This document shows positions 47,379-57,316 of a stretch of DNA of 64,000 nucleotides, in pieces. How positions within the stretch are numbered: the stretch's first letter is position 1; each line of letters begins with the position of its first letter. This stretch comes from Candidatus Latescibacterota bacterium (GTDB lineage: Bacteria; Latescibacterota; UBA2968; GCA-2709665), in the NCBI GenBank assembly GCA_965226795.1, contig CBDDDZ010000005.1:1474016-1538015 (forward strand). The letters are read 5' to 3'. Under the pieces are notes generated by a model. The model was not told the DNA's origin. It saw nothing but the letters and a program-made list of their open reading frames with translations, and did not search any database. The translations under genes were made by a program, and so were the position numbers.

Positions 47379-48161
47379 ATGGATCTGGGATTGAAAGGCC
47401 GTCGGGCGCTGGTGACAGGCGCGAGCAAGGGCATTGGCAGGGCAATTGCATTTGAACTGGCAACGGAAGGCGCCGATCTTGCAATCTGCTCCCGCGGGTC
47501 GCGCGCTCTTGAGGATACGGCGGAAGCGCTTGAGGCGGCAACGGGCGTAAACGTCTTCGCAGCCACCGCAGATGTAACGGTCGACAGGGAGGTCCGGGCG
47601 TTCATGGAGCAGGCCGCCGCCGCGCTGGGCGGGCTGGATATTCTCGTGAACAACGCCGGCAGTGCGCTTCCCGGAACCTTCGAAGAGGTGGACGAGGTTC
47701 GCTGGCGTGCGGATCTGGACGTGAAGCTGTTTGCCGCGATGCGATGCGCGCGTACCGCCCTGCCTTTTCTGAAACAGAGCCCGCAGGCGAGAATTATCAA
47801 TATCAACTCGATCGTCGGACGTCAGATTGCGCCGGAATACATCGCCAACAGCACCGATCGGGCCGCCTGTCTGGCGTTCAGCAAAGGCCTTTCGGACAAC
47901 CTGGCACAATACGGAATTCTCGTAAACAGTGTGAATCCCGGCAACGTGAAGAGCCAGGCCTGGGGCAGCACATTGGACTATTTCGCACCGGACGCGGAAC
48001 TCGAGGACTATTATGCACAGGCAAGCCGGGAAACACCGCTGGGCAGGGTGGCGGAAGCAGATGAGATTGCGGCCGTGGTGACGTTTCTCGCAAGCAAACG
48101 GGCGAGCTATATAACCGGAGCCTCCATCGACGTGGACGGCGGATTGGTCAGGTACATTTAA
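47379..48161 (+). CDS. SDR-family oxidoreductase (3-oxoacyl-ACP reductase-like)
   Basis: LKGRRALVTGASKGIGRAIA ... NNAG ... YITGASIDVDGG. Confidence 0.85.
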   Translation: MDLGLKGRRALVTGASKGIGRAIAFELATEGADLAICSRGSRALEDTAEALEAATGVNVFAATADVTVDREVRAFMEQAAAALGGLDILVNNAGSALPGTFEEVDEVRWRADLDVKLFAAMRCARTALPFLKQSPQARIININSIVGRQIAPEYIANSTDRAACLAFSKGLSDNLAQYGILVNSVNPGNVKSQAWGSTLDYFAPDAELEDYYAQASRETPLGRVAEADEIAAVVTFLASKRASYITGASIDVDGGLVRYI

Positions 48162-48374
48162 GCGGTGGACAGGCCGGGCTGGATCGAATCTGTGGGTCCA
48201 GGTTCGACGGCAAAAGATCCTCTGTTGCAGATATTGCGACAAATCGGACTTGACGTCGCGCTGTGTCGCCAGGCGCGCGAATGTAACCTGTCACACGGGT
48301 TCATTCGGCAATGACGCACGCGTTCAGTCGTTCCGCTAAGTCGGCAAGATTTCCCGCACCGAAGGTAAATTGCA

Positions 48375-50632
48375 TTGTCCAATCCTCGTTTCGAAAAATT
48401 GTCGCCCGTACCCGGCCTGGGGCTGGAGGGCTATACCGACGAAGTAACCCTGCCGGCCGGAGCAGAGATCGGTTTCAAATTGGGTGGTCCTCCCGGCACG
48501 GCTGATGTGAACCTCGCGCGGCTGATTCACGGAGACCCAAATCCCGACGGACCGGGTTACAAGGAAGAACCTGTCTCATGGGGGCAGCCGGATCGGATTG
48601 ACGTGCAAGATCAGGTTACGGATTATGGTTCATTCATTGAGATTCCGCACTCCGATACCCTGAATCCGGCGGGTGCGTTTACCGTGGCGCTCTGGTTTCT
48701 GCCAACTCTAGGTGGCGGCGGATGGCGCGCCCTGACGGTGAAGTGGGCGTGTCAAAACTTGAGCTACGGGATTTTTTTCGCCGGCGAGCGGTTTCTGACG
48801 GCTGCGGTGTCTCACGACGGCAAGACGGCACACTGGGCAACCGCCAGAGAGGCCATCCATGTCGGCAACTGGCAGTTCGTGGCGTTCTCGTACCAACCTG
48901 AATCAGGTAACATCTGTCTTTATCAGCAAATTGGGGATACCGCCGGGGTGGTCGAAACCCGATCGTCCTCCGACGCGCTGAGTTTTGCATCGAAAAACAT
49001 CGAGAAGGGTCCGGTGTTCCCGGGCACCGCGCCGCTGCTGTTCGGCGCCTGCCCGGAACCCGACCGCGAAGGCATCCATTGGGCCCATTTTACGGGAAAA
49101 ATCGCGCACCCCGTGCTTTTTGAAACTGCACTCGATCGCGAAGATATCCAGGCACTCGCGGGCGGACGGAATCCTTCAACACTGGGCCCACTGCTGGGAT
49201 GCTGGCATCTTGGCCGCGAGGTGACGGGCGCCCGTGTCGTTGATCTGTCCGACAACGGGAATCACGGGCTTGCCTTAAACGCGCCGGGGCGTGCGGTTAC
49301 TGGACCGTTCTGGACGGGGGAATGCCGTCCCGGCTCTATACGGATCAACCTGACGATTACAATGCGGTCTACCTGCACGAAGACGATCTGGAAGATGCAG
49401 AATGGGCAACGTCTTTCGCGGTGGAAGTACCTCCCGACACCAGGCCCGGCATCTATACACTACGCGCCGAGACAGATGCTGAAACACTCTTCGTGCCGTT
49501 TATCGTGACATCCAGGACGCCGCGGTCGGAATTGGCATGCCAGATCCCCACGCTCACGTGGCAGGCGTACCGAAGCAACCGTGCCGCGTACAGCAATACC
49601 GAAGACGGTGTGCTGGATCGTACGATATGCACTTACGACGTGCATAGCGACGGGTCGACGGTTTACTATTACTCGCGCCTTCAGCCAACGCGCGGATGGA
49701 ATCCCACTGCGGGATTTCAGAACTGGGGCGCGCACAATATTACCGCGAATCTCTACCTGATCGACTGGCTGGACGCGCTGGAGTTCAAATACGATGTCTT
49801 TGCGGACGAGGATCTGCATTGCGGGGGCACCGAGCTTCTTTCTAAATATCGATGTGTGATTCTGGGAAGCCACCCCGAATACCACACCGAAAACATGGTC
49901 GACAGCCTGGCGGCGTACGTGCGAAACGGGGGCCGTCTCGTCTATTTGAGCGGTAATGGCCTGTACTGGGTGATGTCCATCGACCCCCGGCGGCCCCATC
50001 TGCTTGAACTGCGCCGGGGAGGAGAGGGCGACTACGGACCCACGTACGAGCCGGTGCCCGGGGAATCGCAACACAGCACGACACTGGAACTCGGGGGATT
50101 ATGGGCGAGGCGGGGACGCCCGCCCCGACGGACGGTCGGCGTTGAACATGCGTCCAACGCCTGGATGGAAGCGGAAGATAAAAGGGGCTTTCGGCGACTT
50201 CCGTCAAGCAGGGACGCCAGGTACGCGTGGGTTTTCGACGGTGTCGGAAATGACGAAGTTATCGGAGACTTCGGCCTGAACCTGGGCAGCGCTGCAGGCT
50301 TTGAAATGGACGCCGTGCAGGATTGGGCGTGGGACCGGCTCACGCCCGAACCCGTCGTACTCGCCCGGGCGGCCTGTCCCGGATTTATCCCCGCCCGACG
50401 TACGCACGTACCGCCTACGGCGGATCTGGCGATTATGGATTATCCCGGAGGCGGCGCGGTTTTTTCGGCAGGCTCCGTAACCTGGACGGGCAGCCTCTCA
50501 CACAACGGCTATACCAATAACGTCTCCTCCATCACCCGCAACGTAATTCGCCGATTTCTGGATACGCCGGCTGGCGGGACGGTACTTGGAGACGCCGGCC
50601 TACCAACGCTGGTGAATACTTCTTCCAAATAA
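48375..50632 (+). CDS. N,N-dimethylformamidase beta (large) subunit-family protein: N-terminal ConA-like/LamG domain plus C-terminal DMFase-beta-like domain. Split by a 1-nt indel in a G-run at 49316..49320
   Basis: Track ORFs 48375..49508 and 49322..50632 overlap in different frames. G5 to G6 yields a continuous ...GPFWTGGMPSRLYTDQPDDYNAVYLHED... The C-domain motif ...VILGSHPEYHTENMVDSLAAYVRNGGRLVYLSGNGLYWV... is as I recall it for this family. The family assignment is from memory, not a search. Confidence 0.6.
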
Positions 50633-50636
50633 ACAA

Positions 50637-51731
50637 TTGCGGCACACCGGAGATCCCATTCAGATGGACGCCGGAAAGTCGGTATATCCCCGAAGTCTGT
50701 TGCAGCGCCTCGACGAAGACGGCGTGATATGCGCTGAGGGGTATTTGTTCGAACTCGAACGCCGAGGGTATCTGCAGGCGGGCCCTTTCGTGCCGGAAGT
50801 CGTGCTTGAGCACCCGGAAGTCGTGGCCGGGTTGCATCGGGAATTCTGGCGCGCGGGTTCGGACGTGATTGAGGCGTTTACGTACTACGCCCATCGAGAA
50901 AAGCTACGCATCATCGGCAAGGAACATCTTCTGGAACCCCTGCAGAAGAGTGCGCTGGGGATAGCGAAATCGGTCGCCGAATCGGTCGAAGGAGAACGCC
51001 CTCTGGTTGCAGGCAACATTTGCAATACCAACATCTGGGATCCGGAGGATCGGGCAACGGACGCGCAGGTTACGGCGATGTTCGACGAACAGGTGGCGTG
51101 GGCGGCTGAGGCGGGAGTCGATTTCATGATCGCGGAGACGTTCTCCTTTTCCGGGGAGGCCGCACTGGCACTGGCATCTATCAAACGGGCTGGAATAACG
51201 GCTGTGGTGACCTTTGCGCACCATCGGGAGGAAGGATTGAGGGACGGAGTCCTGCTGGATGAGGCCGCAAAACGTCTGGAGCAGGCCGGCGCGGATGTAG
51301 TCGGGGTAAATTGCACCAGAGGACCACAAACGATGCTGCCCGATGTGGAACGTATCCGGCGTGCCATATCCTGTCACGTGGCGGCATTGCCGGTACCGTA
51401 TCGCACGACGGAGGATCAACCGACGTTTCAATCACTTCGGGAGGCGGGCAATGAACCGTCGCCTGAGGGACGTTCGTTTCCGACAGCGTTGGATCCCTTT
51501 ACCTGCCACAGGTATGAAATGGCCGCGTTTGCACGTCGGGCGTTCGATATGGGTGTCCGGTACCTCGGCGTCTGCTGCGGGTCCGGGCCTCATCACGTCA
51601 GATCAATTGCGGAAGCGTTGGGACGAATCCCGCCCGCCCGCCGTTACTCTCCGGACATGTCCAGGCACTACGCGCTGGGCAGCGATTCCAGCCTCAAGGG
51701 CCACAATCGGGAATTTGTCGAAAAGCTGTGA
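50637..51731 (+). CDS. Betaine-homocysteine S-methyltransferase-like (homocysteine S-methyltransferase family) protein
   Basis: GYLFELERRGYLQAGPFVPEVVLEHPEVVAGLHREFWRAGSDVIEAFTYYA ... GVNCT ... YLGVCCGSGPHHVRSIAEALGR. Closely parallels the BHMT N-terminal and zinc-site blocks. Confidence 0.8.
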   Translation: MRHTGDPIQMDAGKSVYPRSLLQRLDEDGVICAEGYLFELERRGYLQAGPFVPEVVLEHPEVVAGLHREFWRAGSDVIEAFTYYAHREKLRIIGKEHLLEPLQKSALGIAKSVAESVEGERPLVAGNICNTNIWDPEDRATDAQVTAMFDEQVAWAAEAGVDFMIAETFSFSGEAALALASIKRAGITAVVTFAHHREEGLRDGVLLDEAAKRLEQAGADVVGVNCTRGPQTMLPDVERIRRAISCHVAALPVPYRTTEDQPTFQSLREAGNEPSPEGRSFPTALDPFTCHRYEMAAFARRAFDMGVRYLGVCCGSGPHHVRSIAEALGRIPPARRYSPDMSRHYALGSDSSLKGHNREFVEKL

Positions 51732-51885
51732 GATATCCCGTGGCCACTCCGTATCGGCAATAGTGTTTTTCCGCAGTCGGCCAGTGTCCCGGAGGGTGAA
51801 GGCGACCGGGTCGAAACTGGCGGCGAACCCACCGGCGGGACAAGAATCAACTTGATTTTGGAATCGACCCGGAGCGTTCACGTCG

Positions 51886-53487
51886 ATGCGATCCTGCGCG
51901 CTGGCTATCGCGGAAACTATACAGGAAGAAGGGGTCCGGTACGTATTCGGTCATCCGGGCGGCGAGGTCGTGGATCTGATCGATGCGCTGGAGAACACGG
52001 GAATCCGATTCGTGCTGACCGGCCACGAGGCCGCCGCCGCCTTTATGGCCAGCGCGATCGGGCGCCTGACGGGGATTCCCGGCGTCTGCCTGGAGACGCT
52101 GGGGCCGGGCGCCTGCAATCTGGTTCTGGGGGTCGGCGCCGCTTACCTCGACAGGGATCCGATGCTGGCTATATCAGCGCGAAGCCCGGCGTCGCGGACG
52201 AGAGTGAGCCAGAAACAGAATCTGTCTCTCAACGAATTGTTCCACCCGATCTGTAAATGGTCCGTCGCGCTGGAAAAGACCGGCGTCGAAGCGACGGTGC
52301 GGTCCGCCTTGATGCGTGCGTCGGCGCCTCCGGCTGGTCCGGTATACCTCACGATACCGAATGATGTCGCTGTGGCCGATGCGGCGCCCGGCCCGGCCGA
52401 GTCTCCGTCCACCCCGTTTCTCGCGTGCAACGGGGACCTTGAAGCGATAACAAGGGCACTGAACCGGGCCGAACGGCCTGTTGGCATTGTGGGCGTCGCG
52501 TTGAATGCCCGGCTGGATTTCGCCGCAGTGCGTCGATTTTTTGCACAATCGCAAATTCCCTACGTTGTTCTTCCACAGGCAAAGGGCATTCCGGATGAGT
52601 TTGGCCCGGGGTATCTGGGCACGGTGGCGTCGGCCGCGGGAGACGCAGTTCTTGTGAATATGATCGAGCGAAGCGATTGTCTGTTAGGCGTGGGTTTCGA
52701 ACCCGTGGAGTCGGCCCAGGACTGGCATCTTCGCCAACCAGTCTACTCCCTGGCCAATTCCTCTATTGCCTTTGGCGACTTTGAACCGGTTTCGGAGTGT
52801 GTGGGCGACGTCACATCCCTGCTCGATCGGCTGCTGGAAGGATATAGCGGGGGCGCACGCTGGACCACGGCCGAAATCCGCGGCGCACAGGATGCCGTCG
52901 CGGTTACGATCTGTCCTGAAGCGGACGCCAGCGCCAATGGTCTATCTCCTTACCATTTAATGTGTGAATTGTACGATACCCTGCCAGGGGAGACCATACT
53001 TTCAGTCGACGTCGGCGCCCACAAGATGCTGATTTCGCAGGTCTGGCTGGCCCGTTCGCCGGGAACGTTTCTGACGTCAAACGGCCTTTCCGCGATGGGC
53101 TACGGCCTGCCGTCTGCGATGGCGGCGGCGCTGGTCCGGCCCGGCCGGCCGGTGGTGGGCGTATTTGGGGACGCCGGTTTTTCCATGATGGTTCAGGAAC
53201 TGGAAACGGCACGCAGGTTGGGCCTGCATCCATTGCTCGTGGTGCTCTGCGACCGGTCTCTGACAATTGTAAAAGTCGCACAAGCCATGCGTAATATCCC
53301 GCAACGGGGCGTAGCGTTGCAAACGGTGGATTGGGCAAAGGTCGCCGATGGGTTCGGTGCAAGGGGAGTGACTGTGACCACCCTGCGTGGAGTGCGGAGG
53401 GTGGTGGAGGAGTGGCTGGCAAATCCCCAGTTGACGGTAGTGGCTGCGCGGGTGGACGAGAAATTATACACAGCGCTGGAATATTGA
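51886..53487 (+). CDS. Thiamine-pyrophosphate-dependent enzyme (acetolactate synthase large-subunit-like)
   Basis: N-terminal Pyr domain (VRYVFGHPGGEVVDLIDAL), central domain, C-terminal PP domain (GDAGFSMMVQELETA). Confidence 0.8.
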   Translation: MRSCALAIAETIQEEGVRYVFGHPGGEVVDLIDALENTGIRFVLTGHEAAAAFMASAIGRLTGIPGVCLETLGPGACNLVLGVGAAYLDRDPMLAISARSPASRTRVSQKQNLSLNELFHPICKWSVALEKTGVEATVRSALMRASAPPAGPVYLTIPNDVAVADAAPGPAESPSTPFLACNGDLEAITRALNRAERPVGIVGVALNARLDFAAVRRFFAQSQIPYVVLPQAKGIPDEFGPGYLGTVASAAGDAVLVNMIERSDCLLGVGFEPVESAQDWHLRQPVYSLANSSIAFGDFEPVSECVGDVTSLLDRLLEGYSGGARWTTAEIRGAQDAVAVTICPEADASANGLSPYHLMCELYDTLPGETILSVDVGAHKMLISQVWLARSPGTFLTSNGLSAMGYGLPSAMAAALVRPGRPVVGVFGDAGFSMMVQELETARRLGLHPLLVVLCDRSLTIVKVAQAMRNIPQRGVALQTVDWAKVADGFGARGVTVTTLRGVRRVVEEWLANPQLTVVAARVDEKLYTALEY

Positions 53488-53523
53488 GATTCCGAAGCGT
53501 TCCGCCGCCGTAACGACCGGGAT

Positions 53524-54879
53524 GTGAATGTCAGGAAACACATGAGTTTACCGGAACACGTGGAATATCTGATCATCGGCGCAGGTGTGCACGGTCTGAG
53601 CACGGGTTACCACCTGGCGCGTGAGTTGAAAAGGCGGCGTCGGGGAGGCGGGTCTGACGTGCTGGTTGTGGACAAGACGGGGGTGGCAGCGGGCGCTTCC
53701 GGCATTGCCTGCGGCGTGATCCGTAACAACTATTACCAACCGGCCATGCGCGAACTGATGGCACACAGCGTCGATATATGGGAGACCGACCCGGAGGCAT
53801 TCAGCTATCACCCCGTCGGCTATATGCAGATCAGCCCCGAGTCCATGCACGACGACGTTGCAAGCATCGCTCAAGAGCAGGGTGAGATCGGTTACGAATC
53901 CGAATTTATCGAAGGAGAAGCAGACTGCATGAAATATATGCGGGGTCTGTTTCACGACTGGCAGGCGAAGGGAATCACATCCGTTCTTCACGAAAAAAGA
54001 GGGGGATATGCCAACAACCGTACGTCCATGATGGGCCTGGCGGCCAAGGCCAGGAGCGAAGGCGTCGGGATTCTGGAAGGCGTTTCGGTGACCGGATTTC
54101 GGTACGATGACGGGGCAATATCGGCGGTGGAAACGGGTCGCGGCGTGATCCGGGTAGACGAGGTTGTTATTGCCGTGGGGCCGTGGGCGAAGTTGCTCTG
54201 GGATATGTTGAACCTGCCCGCGTCGATGAGCATCAAGGGTTCGGATGGCGCCATGCATCACGACATTCCCATGTGGAGCTACTGGTGTTTGCAGGAAGGG
54301 ACGCTGGGCGTGGATCCCAACTATCTCAAAACCAACGACGGCAGGATGCCCCCCGTAATTCATCTGGACACGGACGCGCCACTGTATTCGGACGTCGACG
54401 GTTCGCTGATTACGGATCGCCTGTGGGGTATATACTACAAACCCGATTTCCACTTTGGGGGCGTGCAGGGAGGGGCAATGCCCTACCGGGTGGAAAGACC
54501 GCCGGACGAAGTTGCGGTGGACCCCTATGGTCCGGAATCTCTCGATTTCATCGTTGGTGACCAATTCGCGCACCAGTGGTGTTCCGCGCTGGCATTCTGT
54601 CATAAGCGGTTTGAAGGAAAGTCTCCACTCTTCAAGAAAGAGCCATCCGGTGGCATCGGCGCGTTTACACCCGATCGTTTCCCGGTGTTCGACCGGTTTC
54701 ACAAGAATTGTTACCTCATTGCAGATTCCAACCACGGGTACAAGATGATTGGCGTGGGGAAGCTGGTGGCGGAGGAACTCCTGGGCGAACGCTCCCGTGT
54801 CCTGGAGCCGTTCCGTTTTTCACGTTTTGTTGAGGGCATGCTGCACCCGGTATCCAGCAGCCCGTTTCCATGGAGCTGA
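53524..54879 (+). CDS. FAD-dependent oxidoreductase (DAO family; sarcosine/N-methyl-amino-acid oxidase beta-like)
   Basis: YLIIGAGVHGLSTGYHLARE (GxGxxG dinucleotide fold). 451 aa. Confidence 0.75.
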   Translation: MNVRKHMSLPEHVEYLIIGAGVHGLSTGYHLARELKRRRRGGGSDVLVVDKTGVAAGASGIACGVIRNNYYQPAMRELMAHSVDIWETDPEAFSYHPVGYMQISPESMHDDVASIAQEQGEIGYESEFIEGEADCMKYMRGLFHDWQAKGITSVLHEKRGGYANNRTSMMGLAAKARSEGVGILEGVSVTGFRYDDGAISAVETGRGVIRVDEVVIAVGPWAKLLWDMLNLPASMSIKGSDGAMHHDIPMWSYWCLQEGTLGVDPNYLKTNDGRMPPVIHLDTDAPLYSDVDGSLITDRLWGIYYKPDFHFGGVQGGAMPYRVERPPDEVAVDPYGPESLDFIVGDQFAHQWCSALAFCHKRFEGKSPLFKKEPSGGIGAFTPDRFPVFDRFHKNCYLIADSNHGYKMIGVGKLVAEELLGERSRVLEPFRFSRFVEGMLHPVSSSPFPWS

Positions 54880-55060
54880 GGCTCGAACGCAAGCGTCTGG
54901 GCACCATGATGCCAGGACCGTCCATAGAGCGCTGACGAGTTTATCCGGCCCAGTGATGTCGGAGTACCAGCCGCTTTGTCGAGACCCGGTTCCTGCATTT
55001 CGCGGCTGCGAAATGGAAATCAATAGGGCAGCTCCCTACACACAGTGAGAGAGTGCATCG

Positions 55061-56308
55061 ATGCAATATCCCGACGTCCGGCGACGCATGCGGATTCGGC
55101 ACACGGATTGGGGAGACGCTGTACGTATCGACCTCAATCAACTCGGCGCACGGTTGCCGTCGCGTGGAATGCAGGGCGCGACATGGTCGGAAACAAACAG
55201 TGAGGCATTGCGGGACGAATGGTCGGAATCCCAGAACGAGGCGCTTTGCGACACGTTGACGGAGGTCGCCGCCGGATTGGGCGGAAGCTTCGATTCGTTT
55301 GCCGAGTGGACGGTTTTGCACAACAAGCGGTACGACGGCACCCACATGCGCGATGTGCGGCGAGCGCGGTTCAGCAGGGGGTACCGCGCGGCGATCACGA
55401 CGCTCGGCTGGGCGCATCCGAAGACGGGACTTTCCACGTGTATTCAGGCTGTGGGTTATGTGCCGAAACCCCGCGCGATGTTCGAGCAGGCCTCGTGGAG
55501 GCCGGAATCACTGTACGATACCGAGTTTATGGCGCTTGCGCCTGCCGTGGTGACAAGATTCGGAGGTGGTCGGCAGATCCACTTGTCGGGCGTCGTCGCG
55601 TGGGACGACGCGATAAATCCGCTATTCGAAGGACAGCCGGAACGTCAGATTTCGCACGTGTTCGACCTCATCCAGAACGTATTCCACGAGGCCGGCGGAT
55701 CGCTGACGGACGTTGTGCGTCTCCGTCCGTTCGCTCACTCCACGAGGATTGCGCAACTCATCCGGACGGAGGTCAGCCGCCGCTGGGCGGACCATCCGCG
55801 GCCCGTGGTGATGATGTCGGACAGCCGGCGCTTCGGCGACCCGCCCAGCCTGTATGCGGAAATACAGGTCATGGGGGTCATGCCGGACAGCCATTGTGAA
55901 GTGCGCCACTCGGAAATGGAACTTCCTGCAGGAATTACGGATGAGGGCCTCACCCGTATTCGCTGCAGCCGGGCTCGAGATTGGGAACTGATCCACGTGG
56001 GCGAACTGCGCGCGCGCCCGGGCGCGGGTCCGAACCAGGAAGCCGAGCAGGTCACCGAACAGATGGCAGCGGTCCTTGACCGGGCGTCGCTCACGCGGAG
56101 CGATATCTGTTTGACATTTGCCTATGTCAGTTCACCGGAAACTGCCGCAGCGTTCTCGGAAGCCGTGTCCCAGGCGGTGCCGGTGGACACTGTGCACGTG
56201 TTGCCCTGTCCGACAATGCCTGAACTGGAGGGTCGCCGAATCAAGGTGGAGATGACGGCCAGAAAATGCCTGGTGCCGGTCTCGAAGACGGTTTCCGGGG
56301 GTCCATGA
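55061..56308 (+). CDS. Tandem RidA/YjgF-like (reactive intermediate/imine deaminase fold) protein
   Basis: Two segments with a RidA-like pattern: IHLSGVVAWDD...QISHVFDLIQNVFHEAGGSLTDVVRLRPF, and a second ...EQVTEQMAAVLDRASLTRSDICLTFAYV... Moderate similarity only. Confidence 0.5.
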   Translation: MQYPDVRRRMRIRHTDWGDAVRIDLNQLGARLPSRGMQGATWSETNSEALRDEWSESQNEALCDTLTEVAAGLGGSFDSFAEWTVLHNKRYDGTHMRDVRRARFSRGYRAAITTLGWAHPKTGLSTCIQAVGYVPKPRAMFEQASWRPESLYDTEFMALAPAVVTRFGGGRQIHLSGVVAWDDAINPLFEGQPERQISHVFDLIQNVFHEAGGSLTDVVRLRPFAHSTRIAQLIRTEVSRRWADHPRPVVMMSDSRRFGDPPSLYAEIQVMGVMPDSHCEVRHSEMELPAGITDEGLTRIRCSRARDWELIHVGELRARPGAGPNQEAEQVTEQMAAVLDRASLTRSDICLTFAYVSSPETAAAFSEAVSQAVPVDTVHVLPCPTMPELEGRRIKVEMTARKCLVPVSKTVSGGP

Positions 56309-56425
56309 CGGTATCGGTTGCAAAGGGGCGTTTTTGTCGAGAACCATCCTGGAACGATCTACGCCACTGACCGGTCTAATGCATAGAGTGCTGCATATCT
56401 CCTGTACCCATATTAGGGGCTGGAA

Positions 56426-57316
56426 ATGCGTATTACCGCGACGGGTTTAACGAAAATCTATCAAAAGGGGACCGCGCCTGCGCTGGACAACGTGGATCTG
56501 GAAATCGGACAGGTTACATTCGGGCTCCTGGGACCGAACGGTGCCGGAAAAACCACGCTCATCAAAATTCTTTCAACCCAAATGGCGCCAACAGCCGGCC
56601 AGGTAAGAATCGGTGCATGGGATCTGCAGCGCAACCGTTCCGAAGTGCGCCGGAGGTTGGGTTATCTTCCTCAGCACTTCGGGGCGTATCCGCAACTGAC
56701 GGCGTGGGAGTTTCTGGATTATATGGACCGGCTCGCTGCCGGGCGCCGTCGGAGCGGGAGAAGGGCGCGGGTGCGGGATGCTTTGGATAACGTGGGGCTC
56801 TACGATGCGCGGAACCGTCGGACCGGCACGTTTTCCGGGGGAATGATGCGGCGGCTCGGCATTGCGCAGGCCATTGTGGGTGATCCTGCAATCCTGATTG
56901 TGGACGAGCCCACCGTGGGCCTCGATCCGGAAGAACGCATCCGTTTTCGGGGGATCCTCGCCCGGATGAGCCGGGATCGGGCTATCTTGATTTCCACCCA
57001 TATTGTTGGCGATATTTCGAGTACCTGCGATGATCTGGCCGTGCTGAATGCCGGACGGATCGTTTACAGGGGCTCGCCCGCGACGTTGGTTGCTCGCGCG
57101 AATGGCAAGACCTGGCGCGTACAGGCGGACGACGCCGGTTTCGAAAAGATCTCCAGAAGTTTTCTGGTTGTGACGGTCGCCGTGGACGGTGGCCGGATGG
57201 ATCTTCGGATCGTGGGCGATGGCCAACCACCCGGCAACGCGGAACCGGTTTCACCGAATCTCGAAGATGCGTATGTCTATTTTATGGGTATGGAAAATCT
57301 GGAAAGGGCGGCGTGA
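56426..57316 (+). CDS. ABC transporter ATP-binding protein
   Basis: GLLGPNGAGKTTLIKIL; signature FSGGMMRRLGIAQAI; Walker B ILIVDEPTVGLD. Confidence 0.9.
   Translation: MRITATGLTKIYQKGTAPALDNVDLEIGQVTFGLLGPNGAGKTTLIKILSTQMAPTAGQVRIGAWDLQRNRSEVRRRLGYLPQHFGAYPQLTAWEFLDYMDRLAAGRRRSGRRARVRDALDNVGLYDARNRRTGTFSGGMMRRLGIAQAIVGDPAILIVDEPTVGLDPEERIRFRGILARMSRDRAILISTHIVGDISSTCDDLAVLNAGRIVYRGSPATLVARANGKTWRVQADDAGFEKISRSFLVVTVAVDGGRMDLRIVGDGQPPGNAEPVSPNLEDAYVYFMGMENLERAA

Noticed and set aside
46424-47455. 343-aa RG-rich ORF
   Set aside because: Only its first ~40 codons (the SDR Rossmann motif) are real. The rest is an out-of-frame read-through caused by the indel at about 46548.
47376-48242. 288-aa minus-strand ORF
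   Set aside because: Antisense to the SDR gene 47379..48161, which has canonical motifs.
53548-54735. 395-aa minus-strand ORF
   Set aside because: Antisense to the FAD-dependent oxidoreductase with its GxGxxG motif.
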